Counted from the stretch's first letter, positions 1-14,374 are shown. The stretch: 64,000 nucleotides of DNA from Bugula neritina (GCA_964035545.1 OZ037766.1:3286001-3350000); one strand, 5' to 3'. Made by a program: numbers and translations. The notes: generated by a model from the letters alone, not told the origin.

Positions 1-335
1 AAATGCAAATATGATTTTGTTATTCAACTATAATAATTATGATATTTCATGAAAAAGATGAATTTTTTATAACTTTTTCTCAATATAGAATTATTTCAGC
101 TGTAACTAGAGCAGAAAATGTGAAGCCTTGATGAGTCTAAAAGAGTTTGATATTATTGGAATAAATATATATCAAATTAAATTGAATAATTGAAATTGAA
201 ATAAAATTGAATAATTAATTATAATCACCCAATAATAACTGTATATGCGTGCATATATATTATACAATAATATTGTATAGCAAACCCTTTCATTTATAAA
301 TGTTACTTACATTTATCAGGTTTTAAAACAAAAAT

Positions 336-545
336 TTATCCTCTGTAATAATAGCTACCGCGTCTCCTGTGTGTGTTGTGGTATCCCCTGTTGTTATAGG
401 ATCTGTAGCTGTTGTAACCCCTGTTGTAGTTGTTGTAGCGTCTGTAGCTAGATGGCCTGTAGCTGTTGTAGCGGTAGTTGTTGTAACGGTAAGCAGCTGA
501 GGCAAGCACAAGGCAGACAGCCAATAGGATTGCAATGACCTTCAT
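336..545 (-). CDS. Secreted Tyr/Arg/Asn-rich peptide precursor, class B1 (69 aa, ends YYYRG)
   Basis: ATG at 545 after AG acceptor (562-563) and CAACTGTAAAC leader. 17-aa signal peptide [17 protein letters not shown]; 52-aa mature region has 15 Y, 12 R, 10 N. Exon 1 donor at 1201, TATA 1267-1274, 3'-UTR donor at 310. The longer ORF-track start at 617 lies in the intron. Confidence 0.9.
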   Translation of the reverse strand: MKVIAILLAVCLVLASAAYRYNNYRYNSYRPSSYRRYNNYNRGYNSYRSYNNRGYHNTHRRRGSYYYRG

Positions 546-1201
546 GTTTACAGTTGGAAGTCTAAAACACAATAAATAAAAGTTGATACAGTGAACGAAA
601 CAGGTTATATTTCTCATAATTAATTATTAAAAATAATGGCTTGTAGCTGGAACTGTTAGGCCAATACATTAGTGTTAGAGTTGGATTCCAAATATATTAA
701 CTAAACTCTATAATCAGAAGTTATAAACCCAATTAATATTTTTTTAATTTTGTAGCCAGACTGTGGTATTTGCGCAGTTAAGAGTTTTATTTAAAAAGTT
801 GTTTATTTGAAAGCTGCTTTTAAAAATTTATTCAATCAAATTATTATTATTAAATCCTTGCAAATTTGCTGTGCTAAAAGCTACCTTCATTAGAAAAAAA
901 TTAACTCCTATAGATTGAAACAATTATATTGCACTCATTTATAATGCATCTCTATAAGTGAAACAAGTATATAACTTACATGCAATGCCTTAAATATGAC
1001 TATACAGTACAACGGAAACATAACATTATTTCATTGTTGCTTATATGCATGAATATTATAATTATTTTCTTATGAAACAAACTAAATCTTTTATTTTTTA
1101 ACGTATAAAAAGAAATACATTTTGAATTTTTTTAAATACACTCCAAAAAATATTCTAATAAAAAAATTAAAAGAAATATATATATATAACCGATAGCTCA
1201 C

Positions 1202-1500
1202 CTTGGAGAATGATGCTGTAGTAAAACAAGTATAAAACTCTATGAAAGCTTTTGAAAATTTCTCTCTTTTTATACTTCTTTCAAACAGGACACACTACTT
1301 TCTAATTAACCTAAATGACTTGCCAAAATGTAGGAATTGTTTATTGTTTCCTATTTGTGTTCTTGCATAAATTAGTTTTACTAATTGAAAGTACACATCG
1401 GCAATGTTGGCAATACACTAATCCTGTCATCAATGTCTATAAACATGGCCAGGTGACTGCAGACGGGCCGGCGTTAATAGCCAAATGCGGCATTTCTTAC
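1202..1500 (-). promoter_or_regulatory. Class B1 promoter and exon 1 (gene 336)
   Basis: TATAAAAA 1267-1274, donor CAAG/GTGAG, GC-rich upstream block. Confidence 0.6.
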
Positions 1501-4170
1501 TCATCAGCTTGTCTGTCTCTGCATCTTTTTAACAGAAGCACAAAGGTTTTGAAATGTCAACTCTAATTGATTTGTTTATTTCGCATATCCTAGTGTATAT
1601 CAACATATATACGTTCTTTTGATAGTTTAGCTTTCCAACCTAAAACAACATAATAAGTAATAAAATCAGTATTATATAGAAGTGGCTACCTAATTGATAC
1701 ATCTATGGCATTGATGCGTGTGAGCTTTGCATATATTGCTAAATTGCATTTTTGGCTTATTAAGGAACGCTTGTCTGTATTATTTACTCCTGCTGATCAG
1801 ATTAAACGTAACTTTTCTCTGAACAGATGCGTCTCCAAAATTGGCATATTATAGTTTAAGAGAAATCCTGCATAAAAAATTAGAACTCTTCTAACACTTT
1901 ATACTGTACTATGACTGTATCAGGTAACTTTTATAACATAATATACTTACGAAGATTTTAGATTGAAGATGCAAGTAGATTGTTTATTGATAGCGTTTTT
2001 AAACATCAAAACACAGACCATATAGAGAATAAAGGATATAATCACTATATTAACTGTATGAAGTTTGACTTTCTCAACTGCATTTCCCATCTAAAATTCC
2101 AAACTCATCATGCTTATAGATTATTCTCAGTGCTCATAAAAATACTTTTGATAAGAAACCGTATTATACTATTTGCTGCTGGATTTTACTTAACGGCACA
2201 AAAATTCAAACTATCAAATGCTATTTGTTTATGCAGAATATATTATATAAAAACCCTTCTCAGCATATATTATATATAAATGTGTTACTCTTTTAGTGAA
2301 CTATACTTGCCATAAATAAAGTAAATCCTGCTGTGCCAAAGCAAACATTTTAACCCTATAAATATAATGCATAGGTTCATATCAACACAGCTCTCTCCTC
2401 ACCATTAACCAGAAAATAATAATGCATGCATGTGTGTCAGCAAAGAATTGTTACTGTGTCAGCACGGATGCTGTATGCTGGTTTACACAGATGCATGCAG
2501 AGTGAATTGATGGAGGACACAACTCAACCTTTTGCCTAATGCCAACAGTTTATTTCTCTCACAAAACTCTAACTGTAAGTCTTGTTAAATTAACATTGAT
2601 CAACAGAGCTATTTCTGACAAAACAATTATTTAATGAAGTTAAAAACAAAAGATAGTATGATAATTGAAATACTTAAAATTATTTTGACAATAAAGTTTA
2701 AGTTGCCTGCATCTTTGACAAGAGGAAAATTGAGCAATACCTACTGACTCATTTAAACAAAAACTACCAGTAAAAAGCTTTCATCACACAATACTTTTCT
2801 TAAAGCTATAACAACAAAAAACTCCTGCAACAATTTGTGTTTATAATAGCAATTGAACCTATATTGGTAGATTTCAACAATTATTGCCCAACAATACTTT
2901 ATCAAATGTTATTGCTGCAGCTGCCATTATATTGCGCAATGCCAATTCTTTCATAATTCTACAGGCATACAATCTATCATGCAGATGGGGCTCATTTGTC
3001 TGGGAAGACAGCTCATCTAGAAAAAAGAAGAACTGATTTCTCCATCTATTAAAGTGATTATAATATTATATATACCTTTAATTCGTGTAGTATTTTGAGT
3101 GACAAATGTGAGAGCTTACTAACTTGCATAGGTAGAGTAGCAAAGTTCAATAGTTTCGGTTTTACATATGTTTTTGCAAGTAAAATTATTTTTAAAACTT
3201 CATAACTCTAAGGTCCTCCATTAGAAAGTGTCAGGGAACATTATAAAACATTTGTTGATATATAAATCATAATTTTATATCGTCAGTCAAGTACTCAATT
3301 TATGCTGTTGTAATTAGTAAATAATGCATGTTAGAAGCCTACAACACTTAAATCTAGCTCGAAAGCAAGATTATTGAGGAAGCAACTCCTGGCTGACTAC
3401 AACGCAAGCTAAAGCCTGCTTTAATACCCCTTTCTAAAAGTACTAAAGAATCTTGGAATCTATTATAAGTTGTAGCATTCTACTCTTTAGTTCGATGTTA
3501 TGGTTTTGTATATTTGAAATCCCTCTACTACAATATTGAACCAAGATACAACCTGATCTATATATAAGTCTAAAGTGCAATTATATAATGCTCTATTCAT
3601 TATAAAGTGTTGTAAAATAGAGAGAAATATAGTTTTAATGATATGATTTTAGTTTATTGAAGTCAGCACAAAAAGTAGAGTTACAAGTTTCAAAATTCAG
3701 AGATCTAACAATATGTAACATAAAGAGAGCAGCAACTTAACAATGTTTTATCAAAAAAGAGTTTTTAAGTAGAGTAAGGAAATCATAAGAATTTTAGGAG
3801 CGAAAGGCTTCAACGTCAGGAGTTATCTGTAAAATAAATAAAAATAATTTTGATATTATTGCTTAGTATTAGTAATTTATGAAGATGAAATTTGTTTTTG
3901 CGGACAAATTATAATAAAAATGTTTTATCATCATTATTATTGGTAAAAAGTGAACTGAAGTAAATTTTTTAACTTGCATGAATAATATATGCAGAAGTAA
4001 TTGAAAATTCAGCACTATAAGTTATAAATACTATCATGTTATCAATTATAATAGATTTTTAATGTATCAATACATCTCAGTCCAGTTCACTATACCAAAA
4101 GTAATATTATATAGCTGAATGCGGTAACACTCACCCAGGACAATACGTACACTGCAGTTTCAAGAATGGT

Positions 4171-4416
4171 TTATTTTCCAAAACCAAAGTTATTTGAGCC
4201 AGAAAAGCCAGTCTTTGGATGATGTTTGTTGTGGTTGTTGTAGTACCCATAGGGTCCGTGACCTTTGTTTTGGTTACCATAGTAACCATAGTTAGATGGT
4301 CCATGGTAACCATAGTTAGAAGGTCCGTAGCCCTTATTATGGTAGTTGTGGTTTGGGTAGTAGATAGCAGAGACGAGTGAAAGGCAGACAGCCAATAGGA
4401 TTGCAATAACCTTCAT
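4171..4416 (-). CDS. Secreted Tyr/Gly/Asn/His-rich peptide precursor, class A (81 aa, GPSNYGY repeats, ends FGFGK)
   Basis: Signal peptide [17 protein letters not shown]; 64-aa mature region has 12 Y, 13 G, 12 N, 7 H, 5 K. Predicted introns 4433-4992 and 3827-4134; TATA 5061-5068. Confidence 0.9.
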   Translation of the reverse strand: MKVIAILLAVCLSLVSAIYYPNHNYHNKGYGPSNYGYHGPSNYGYYGNQNKGHGPYGYYNNHNKHHPKTGFSGSNNFGFGK

Positions 4417-4992
4417 GTTTACAGTTGAGTTTCTACAATGTATAGAATATAGAATTATAAAATTTCCATAATCAACCAGTAATATATAATTAAAAAATAA
4501 AACTTTTACCACATTATTACAACTCCTTACTTTCAACATTCATAATTTATTAATTAAAGAACTTCGCAGAATGTGTCTCTACTCTTAAATCAATAAACAA
4601 TGTAACTTTTCTTATCAATTTAAAGTTTACAAAACACTCTGTTGCAAACTAAATTTATACATAATATTGTAAAAATGTTATGCTTTAAAACTTTCAATCT
4701 TGATATGTTTAGGTTTTTTAAAAAAAAACCTGAATAATATCTGATAATTTTATACTCTTGTTTAGTTTTATTATAATATGCGTTTACATAAAAGAAATAA
4801 AAGTGACAGTGTCATTTTTACATTAAAAATAACGAAGTATAATTCACTATTTATCATTATATTAGATAATAAAACTATAGACATTGTTTCATACATGTTC
4901 TTTCTGATCATTGTTTTTTAATAATAAATTTTTTAGTCCTTTTTTTTTAAATTGCTAGAATAATAATTATATTAACAAAGAAAAGTTCTTAC

Positions 4993-5400
4993 CTTGAGGC
5001 TGGATGTGTTGAAGTGTTCAAGTCAATAAAGCATCTGATGAAATAAAGTAGACCCACGCCTTTTTATACCTTCTGAAGCTGACCATCTCTTAAAGTCATA
5101 CCCTAATCTCATGACGAAGCTATATTTTAATTACTGCAACAAGCCAATAATGTTCCAATTTCCTTATCACCAACAGCCTTAATACTTCAATCAAATGTAG
5201 ACAAGACTTGGTGCTCATCAGCTAAATAACGATGCAAATTATAATCCAACTATAATCTTTCTCCCAGTGCTGAGGATCAGGCTACCTGCAATATCAGACT
5301 CATGGATTCTGCTAAATAAGAACCAAGAAAGGATACTTAGTGCATAGCTTAAGGATGCCATATACTTGCCGAGTCATTTAGGTAGACTTTGCTGTATCAT
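4993..5400 (-). promoter_or_regulatory. Class A promoter and non-coding exon 1 (gene 4171)
   Basis: TATAAAAA 5061-5068, CGTCATGAGATTAGGGTATGAC block, CAGGTAGCCTGAT block and donor CAAG/GTAAG, largely conserved across the five class A genes. Confidence 0.7.
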
Positions 5401-7519
5401 AAGGACATACATATATTTCTTATAAACATATCTGATACTTTAAATTAATATTATATACTCAAGTAAAGGCTAAACAGTTTGTTTTATCAAGAATATCTCG
5501 CAAAAAATTTATACAGTATCTCATAATTAACAATAAAAATAATATCAACGGTCATTATTATAAGATGCCTTATTTTATATTAAATTATATGCAATGTGTA
5601 CTATTGAATCAATAATTTTTCTTTTAACTTTTTGAAAACTGAAATCAATCATAATATGCTCTAGCTTTTCAGTCACATATGATATATAAGTTGCTAAAGT
5701 GCATCTTAGTAATGCTATACTTTCTAAAGCTATATGCTGTTATGAAATTGCTAGAATTTTTACATTCGTTTTGGTTTTTTTTATAAATTAGACTGCATAA
5801 AAACTACTTAAGCAGAATGTAATATGATTATAATATATTTTGAAAGATTATATTGCAGTTAATCTTTTTCTAGATCTAATTAGTATTATGAGCCAGAATA
5901 AACTAAATTGCCATAATTCTTGAACTTGTAGTTGAACAAACTAATAATCTAAAGTGATCTTAAGATACAGCAGTCAAAAGATCTTGTAGTTCAAAAACAT
6001 TTATGTAATTAAAAGTTCGCAGTAAAACCATGATTTAAACAAGGCAGTCTTTTTGTTTAATTGATTTAATTTGCATAAATTTATATTTTTTTGTTTTAAA
6101 TTACATAAACTAATATGTCACTAAATTATTCTATGTGTAAAAAATATTCACATACTAAAAATATTTCAAGCATTTATATAATAAAAGACATTAGGCTAAA
6201 AGTTTTACGGTTATACAGTTTAAATTGGTAAGAGATCTATTCAAACTCACAAAAAAAATAATTTTAATTTATTTAGTACACATCAACAAGTTAGGACCAA
6301 AATTAAAGTTTGCTCAAAATTTATTATAAGAATTTACTACATATATATGGGGTAATTTTATGTGCTGATTCTAACTATACATAGCAAGATAGGAGTTAGT
6401 AATGAGGAGTCCTGCAACGTATTAAAGCGCAACATTATTGGCATATATGAGCTAAATATATAATAAACTGACCGTGATGGTTTTTCATTTGGAAATACTA
6501 AATTTTATCGACAATTATTACAAAAACTACATAAGATTATGCAAATTATATTAATGCATAAAGAAAATTTCTATTTTTGTCAAAATATAATTTTCATCAT
6601 TAAAGTTTTATATTTTAATTTTATATATATAATGAAGAACTTCCTTAAATATGACAAAAACTTTTGTCTGTTGCTTTTCGAGCAGATTGTCTGACTACCA
6701 GTTCAAGATGTTTATACAGATTTAATTTAGTCTATAATATTAGTGCTATAAGTATACTAATTTCTTATTGGTCTAGAACAAGATTAACTATAATAACCTA
6801 TGTCATATGATATATTATAATCTCATTACACTATGTCATAAACAGTGAGACGACATATTTAGCATTTCTAATTTCTATACAATCTAGTACAAAAATAAGT
6901 ACATTTGCATGTTAAAAATATCCAAATAGTATAACATTAATTAAAGTAACATATATTGGAATTTAAACTTTTATTTCAAAATTGAATATTTTTTTCTGCA
7001 TGCAAATCATGTTGTGGTAGAACTTAAAAACAAAGGTTTATTTTTTATTCGAAAGTTTTTTTAGTACTTGCTTAAAAAAGTACAATCATTTTTTAAGTTG
7101 TATTTGCCTATAAAATTTCAGATATGTTTATTTTCAGTGACATGTGTGCTGCTGTGTGTAGCTGTAAACATTTTAAATTAGAGTAATTAATATATCTAGC
7201 AAGCTATAAGTAAAATAATTTTTTTGAAACTTAGTGGTAATAATATGGTGAACAAATTTAATAATTGAAGTTTGATTTATTTTAATCTCTATAAGTTTGT
7301 GCTGTTAAAATACACTCAAACAACATATGTACACATAATATATAGAAAGGCATTTTGATATAATAATTGTTAATGTTATTTGAAGTCAGTTATGTGAATA
7401 TTGTATATATATTTTTTGTATAATATTCTTGATAAAAAAAATTTTCAGCCTGTACTTATCTATAACAATAGCCTAAAACATTGAATCTTTTTTAGACAAA
7501 GTTTTGTTACAATACAGAA

Positions 7520-7965
7520 AAGTCTGCTTAAATGACTCAGCAAATTTGACATCCAACAATCTGTGCACTAAGTATCTTGTTTTGCATTTTATTTAGCAAA
7601 ATGAATGATTCTTATATTGCAGGTAGCCTGATTAATAATACTGAGAGAAAGATTAGTTAGATTATAATTTTTACATCATTATTTATAGCTGAGCTCATGA
7701 GCACCAAGTCTTGTCTGCATTTGATTGAAATATTAAAGCTAATGATGATAAGCAAATTATTACAGCATTTTTGGCTTCTTGCAAATAGTAGAATAGCTGT
7801 AAGATGATCCAATGGCGGGTAGGTTAATTTCACATAGCTACGTCATGAGATTAGGGTATGACTTTAAAATATCAACAGGTTCAGAAGGTATAAAAAAGGC
7901 TCGAGTCTGTTTCATTTCATCAAATGCTTTATTGACTTAAACACTTCAACACAGCCAGCCTCAAG
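7520..7965 (+). promoter_or_regulatory. Class A promoter and non-coding exon 1 (gene 8486)
   Basis: TGACTCAGCA 7533-7542, TATA 7889-7897, donor 7966. Confidence 0.7.
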
Positions 7966-8485
7966 GTAAGAACTTTTTTTGTTAATATTAATTTAGCAAT
8001 TTGAATACATTATAGGAGTAGAACTAAAATAAAAAAAATGATAAGAAAGAATATGAACCAATGTGCGTTAGTTTTATTATTTAGTAAAGCTAGAAAATAA
8101 ACTATGTTCCCAATAGTTTTTATTGCAAAAAACATTATACAAGTTTATATTTTTAATTTAAATGCATATTAAAACCATAAACAGTGGTATAAAATTATCA
8201 AAAAATAGTTAGTTTTATTCTTAAAAATATTTAAAACTTTAAAAATATTCTGACCATGTGTTGTGCAAATTTATTTTCTTGCATTATAATAGAGTGTTCT
8301 GTAAACGTCAAGTCAATAAGAAAAGTAACAACGTTTATTTAAGAGTAGAAATATTTTGGTTTTTTTAAAGTAAATGGTGAATGCAAAAATTTAAAACTTG
8401 AAATTATTTGTTAAACATTTTGCGATAAAAATATTTTTGCTATAGACTTTTATTCTATGTATATTGTAGAAATTCAACTGTAAAC

Positions 8486-8728
8486 ATGAAGGTTATTGCA
8501 ATCCTATTGGCTGTCTGCCTTGCACTCGTCTCTGCTATCTACTACCCAAACCACAACTACCATAATAAGGGCTACGGACCGTCTAACTATGGTTACCATG
8601 GACCATCAAACTATGGTTACTATGGTAACCAAAACAAAGGTCACGGACCCTATGGGTACTACAACAACCACAACAAACATCATCCAAAGACTGGCTTTTC
8701 TGGCTCTAATTTTAGTTTTGGAAAATAA
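8486..8728 (+). CDS. Secreted class A peptide precursor (80 aa)
   Basis: Paralog of 4171-4416. TATA 7889-7897; predicted introns 7966-8469 and 8761-8951. Confidence 0.9.
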   Translation: MKVIAILLAVCLALVSAIYYPNHNYHNKGYGPSNYGYHGPSNYGYYGNQNKGHGPYGYYNNHNKHHPKTGFSGSNFSFGK

Positions 8729-9544
8729 ACCACTCTTGAAGTTGCAGTATATTGCCCTGAGTGAGTGTTACCTCATTTAGCTAATATTTTACGGTGTATT
8801 GGACTGAACTGGGATGTATTGATGTAGTAGAAACCTATGATTAATAGCATGATTTTATTACTATCTAGTGCTGAATACACTATATTGTGTCTGCAGAATA
8901 TTTGAGCAAGTTGAAAAAATTATATTAATTTTTTTAAAATTTATTTTGCAGGTAACTCCTGATGTTGAAACCTGGATCTCCTTATTCTTCTCATTTGTCC
9001 TAACGACGTAAATTTTAAAGCTTCTTTGTTATAAAATATGATTAAATTGCTGCTCCATTTGCACGATGTTGTTATATCTCTTAATTGTAAAACTTTCAGC
9101 TCTATTTCTGTAACTTTAATAAACTATTATTATTTCACAAAAGTAATTGTTTTTTAAACAATTTTTAATGAAAAGAGCATTATATAATAGCATTGCAAAC
9201 TTATATAGACAAAAGAATACAGACCTACTATTTCAATATATTCATATAAATAACTTAGAACTACAAAGCCTTAACCTTGGTGTTTTTAGCAACACTTACT
9301 AAATAGCAGAGCAATATATATAATAAACTCCAAAACTTTCTAGGACTTTTAAAATTTAATCTTACATGGTATATAATAAAAGCATGGGCTGGTATTGTCG
9401 TCAGCTTGGAGTTGTTCCTTCAATATTATTGATTTTAAGTCAGCTTTGGCCCCGAGTTGAGTTTTCTGGAATGCAATGTTTATTAGCAATAACATATGAT
9501 TATAATTTATATTACATTAATCTATACTGTATACAGTTTAGATT

Positions 9545-9630
9545 AATATAATATAATATAATATAATATAATATAATATAATGTATAATATAATACAATA
9601 TAATATAATATATATAATATAATATGTATA
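9545..9630. repeat. (ATATA)n microsatellite
   Basis: Direct reading. Confidence 0.85.
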
Positions 9631-11662
9631 ACTTCTTGTATTCTTCCTGAAACATTCTAAAGGTGGGCTCTAAAGTTGTGGAGTCTTAAAAATAGTTTCG
9701 CAAAGCAACATTAGTAGAACATATAACATTCAAGTTTTCTACAGAACTATCAGCTTTTTATAATCTGACATTTGTCACTCAAATTATTACATAATTTGAA
9801 ATCAGTATATTATAATCGTTCTTATAGATGTATAAACCTCATTCTAAAATTTCCAATTTGCTAAATCTCAGTTTTAGTTATTTTTATATTTTTGTCATCA
9901 AAGAATAAATTAACTCTATGATCAATAAACATTATTCCATAGTAATCTCGTATAATGTGAACAAAAGTGTTATAGTTTGTTTTAACACAACAATTGAAAT
10001 TAGTGATGCATTTCTATGTTTAATATTATATTATTAAGCTGCATCAATCACTTATGATGCTCTTCTGGGATAATATAACAGTAAATTGAGACTTGCTTTA
10101 TTTAATTTATTTTTAATAGGATATTGTGTCTTGAAGTGAAATTTTCACAAGTTTTTATAATTTAGTATTCTAATAACATACATATCTTGCTTAACTTTAT
10201 ATCTACAATACAAATTGTGTGACAGTTACAGAAAGTATATGTTTCTAACTTTTAATTTAATTAAAAGTTTCATAAATCACCAAAGGGGGCTAAATTTATC
10301 AAAATTCACATGTCAATTGTTTAGGATTGATTTAAATGAATTATTTATTGAGATATTAAATAGTTATTATGTAGATTAATTTAACCAGAATTGAGTTTTT
10401 CATTATTAATATTTTCACATTGCATAATTTTCAAATAAGGTCTCACACTCATTACATTTGTCAGTGCTTTTAGTCCCAAACAAAATAATATATTCAACTA
10501 TAAATTTAAAATATAAATGTGTTTTCAAAGAGTATCTGTCAATCCAAAATTATGGTGCTGCTTATTTAGGATCTTCTATAGTTTTTTTCGGATGAATCAA
10601 TAGTGTACAAATTTTAAAAATACATTCCAAAAACTTTTGCTTTTACTCTGAAAATAATTATTGAGGTGCTCAAAATATTGAAACAATCTTTGTATAAGTT
10701 TAAATAGCTCACCTCACTTTAAAAATAAGTCTATTTTGATTACAATCATAAAACTTTCAATGTATGTTTTCATTATTTTTGCACAAAGTATTTTCAGTAT
10801 TTGAATGGTTATTAGATTGTAGTTAAAATCAATTGGTTTTTTCTCAAAGTGAGTAATATCTATATTTCACGCAACACAGTTATACTAGTACAATACAACA
10901 ATGCAATAAACTAGTGTATCAGTCCACACCACCAACTACTATCTATTATTGTTCGCATTACAAAGGGCTGATGCACAGAAACTAGCCATTCAAGTAGTAG
11001 TGTCAATCTGATGAGCATGACCTGTGTGCATGATCAGTCAAGTTACAGCCCACATAAATTTAGAAAGACCAAATTATATCATTTTATGCAATTATATTAT
11101 TAAAGAATATCAAACATAAAAATAAGCAAATCAAATCAATTTACCAAAAAAATTCATATTCACTTTAAAAACATAAAGTTTACCATTTTTGTGTGTGTGT
11201 TACTTTATATCATCTAGAAATTCCCAAAATATAATAAGACCAATTTGTCTGCTGCATTTTGAGCAGATTGTCCGGCCACCAGTTCAAGGGCTATACATAT
11301 TTGATTTAGTTTAAGATGTCAATCCTAAGTACTAATTTCCAATTGGTCTATAGAGCAAGATTATCTATAATATATGTCATGTGATATGTTATAATCCTAT
11401 TATACTATGACATAATCTAATTTCTATGCAATTTATAGTACCAAAGTAAGTGCAATTTCGTGTTAAAAATATTGCAGTAGGGTAATAATATACATTATAG
11501 CATAAAGTAGTATAATATGTTGTAATCAAACCTTTTTTTTTTCTAAATTGAATATTTTTCTTTAAAAACTATGTTGTGCTAGAGCTCAAATACAAAAGCT
11601 TATTGTTTTATTGTCTGTTTATTAGTTGATTAGAATGAGGCATAATCATTTATTTATATGGA

Positions 11663-11776
11663 TTCTACAATAACCAGAACAAGCATTATTCAAAGACTAG
11701 CTTTTTGTGTTGAACTTTCATTTTGGAAAATAAAGCATTCTAATTGAAACTGCAGTATATATTACCCTGAGTGAGT
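11663..11776 (+). pseudogene. 5'-deleted class A pseudogene fragment (C-terminal codons, 3'-UTR, splice donor)
   Basis: Reads FYNNQNKHYSKTSF then a stop/frameshift, homologous to YYNNHNKHHPKTGF. Retains TTTTGGAAAATAA and CCCTGA/GTGAGT; no signal peptide or promoter upstream. Confidence 0.8.
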
Positions 11777-14374
11777 GTTACCACTTGAACTAATACTTTT
11801 TTATATAGTGAACCAGACGAGGATAGCAAAGGATTATAATTATTAACCTGGTATTATTGTTCACTAGTGCTGAATACACAGTTGCATCTATAATGCAAAT
11901 TATTTATACAAGTTGAAAATGCTTAATAGGCTACGTTGTATTATTGCACCTTTTATGACCAATAATAATCATGATACATAAATAATTTAATTATAGCTTG
12001 TCCTCGGTAATGAATTTCATTCTAATATTACTAATGGTATGCAATAGTATTAGGATAATGCTTATATATTTAAATGTATAATTGTAGATAATTATGAAAA
12101 TTAAGAAGTAAACTTTGTTAATAATTGAACCTTTCATTTTCTTTTCCGTTGTTACTGTTTCACATGCATGCATTTATCAAATTTGTCTGTCGCATATATG
12201 ATTAACACAAATGTAATTCTTCAATAAAGAACCAGGAATATAATTTTAGACAGTAATTGAAAAAATAAAATCATTATAATGCTTTTGTAAAATTTATTAG
12301 TTTTTCAACGTGCATTGAAAAATAATTCAAATTTTTGATAAACATATACAAAACTTTAGTTGTACCTCTGTAGATGCCAATGCTGATGCCCATAATAGAA
12401 GTGTAGCATTTTGATATGGAAATAGTAATTGGTCTTACTAATGCTTGTTTACATGAATTAACACATTTATGTTCCTGGCATGAAACTCTTAGGAATTACT
12501 ATTCTGTCATTAAACTGTGTGCTCGAATTTTTTCCCGTAATTGAATAGTTCTTAGATGTACAAAAACAAAATTATATTAGTTTACCCAATTAGAAGAAAA
12601 AAAAACTTACAATTGGGCAAAGCAAGCTGCTCTAACAATAGGAATTTGCTTTATCATAAATTTTTCATCATTGTAATTTTAGCTCCTGAAATAGGAGAAC
12701 TTGGTGTGAATTGCTGTTTAATTAGCAATTTAGGTTATAGGTTTGTCTGGCTACAAGTTCAAGAATGATATAGCTGTTTTAATTTAGTCTGAGCCAATAA
12801 TACAAAGTATGAATTTTCTTAGTCTAGAGCAAGATTACATATAATATATGTCATGTGATATGTTATAATCGTATTACGCTATGACATATTCGCTAAGACA
12901 TTTTTAGCATTTCTGACTTCTACGTGCAATTTAGTACAAAATAAGTACAACTGAGAGTCACAATTATGCCAATATTATAATAATAAAACATTGAAATATT
13001 ATATGCATTAATTGAAGCTTATTTTTTAAAAATCTCAAACTAAAATGGAACGGCTTATTGTTATATTTGTAGTTTTCTATTATTTACTTAAAAAAATTAG
13101 GCCTATTACTTCGTAATGCTCTGGTGGCTTAGGCGAGTCGTATGTTCTGTGATTGAATGAGCATTAAGAATACAAATTTGCTGTTTTAAAAAAAATTACA
13201 AGAATAATTAACGAAAGTTTTTTATTTCAACTTTTGTGTTAAATATAGTTATTTCATGTAAACAGAATTTTAAAAGGAGTATTTATGTTTGCATTATCAA
13301 GCCAGGTTTTGAAAATTTAAATGCGCTTGATGCTGTTTTACATCAGCCAACAAATTTTACAATGTACTAAAATAGTATATATACAACTTTGTTTGGAAAT
13401 ATTTAATTTATGACTTCGGGAAAAATATATCAGGCAACTGCTATGCTTGTCTAAGAAAACTTGCCTACATCTCCCATGCAAGTAACATATATCTTGAAAC
13501 ATGGAAGCTACATTTTTATCTGTAATAATAACCATGCAGAGGTTGAATATATTAGTGGAACAATAAAATTTTAGAAATCATGCATTGAACTGAAGTCGGC
13601 AGCTAAGCTTCACAACATTTCATTTGTTTAAATTTGTTTTACACTGAATATTCATTTTTGGCAACATGTGTATGCAAAAATGCTGCTGCAATCAGCTTTA
13701 AAAACCGTAAATTGGACTGCAAGCTACATGCTGCTTTTTCTTCAAATTATATAATTTATTGGATCAACAGTCATAAATAAAATTTACGAAATAAGGTACG
13801 AAATATAAAAGGAAACTGCTTGTTATAACATATTTAGCCCCTTTTAAATCTAGCTATATACAATTTCAAATATACCAAAGCTAAAATTATTTTTAATTGC
13901 CACAATTTTAATATTTATTTAGTGAAGTCAAAAGCTACTAAGATAAAAATACTTTTATGCATACTTAACAGTATAAAATTAATTTATTCAAATGTCACAC
14001 TATTACGTTTATATAACCTATATATAATACAATATTGAAGAATAGATAAATATATGCTACTTTATATCTTTTTGACTAGCCACACCTAATAGTTAGAGAT
14101 TAATAATAATAATATGACTAGATAGGTTTGATGATTGGACACTGATGCATTCTACGAGCTGCACTCATGTTCTGCATACAATCTTAACATATAATATATA
14201 GTATAAATTTTTTATTTTTCTAGCATTATCTCCAGTAACTCATGAAAATAGTGCATGTAATTTTATAATTTTGTAAGACATTCCTAATAAAAAGCCTATA
14301 ACTTATTGAGTATAGTATCAGCCTAGAATCTCAAATATGTTTTTATATTGACAATAATATTTTCTTATGATGCA

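Larger units (their letters stand above)
1..11900. repeat. Left arm of ~30-kb imperfect inverted duplication (may extend beyond the window start)
   Basis: Position 1 pairs with ~29898. Anchors: genes 336/29331, 4171/25485, 8486/21237, pseudogenes 11663/18452 and intergenic DNA, all in reverse-complement order. Confidence 0.92.

Noticed and set aside
1315-1566. 83-aa ORF duplicated at 28333-28584
   Set aside because: Overlaps the B1 promoter on the opposite strand; its conservation is explained by the recent arm duplication; no recognisable protein features.
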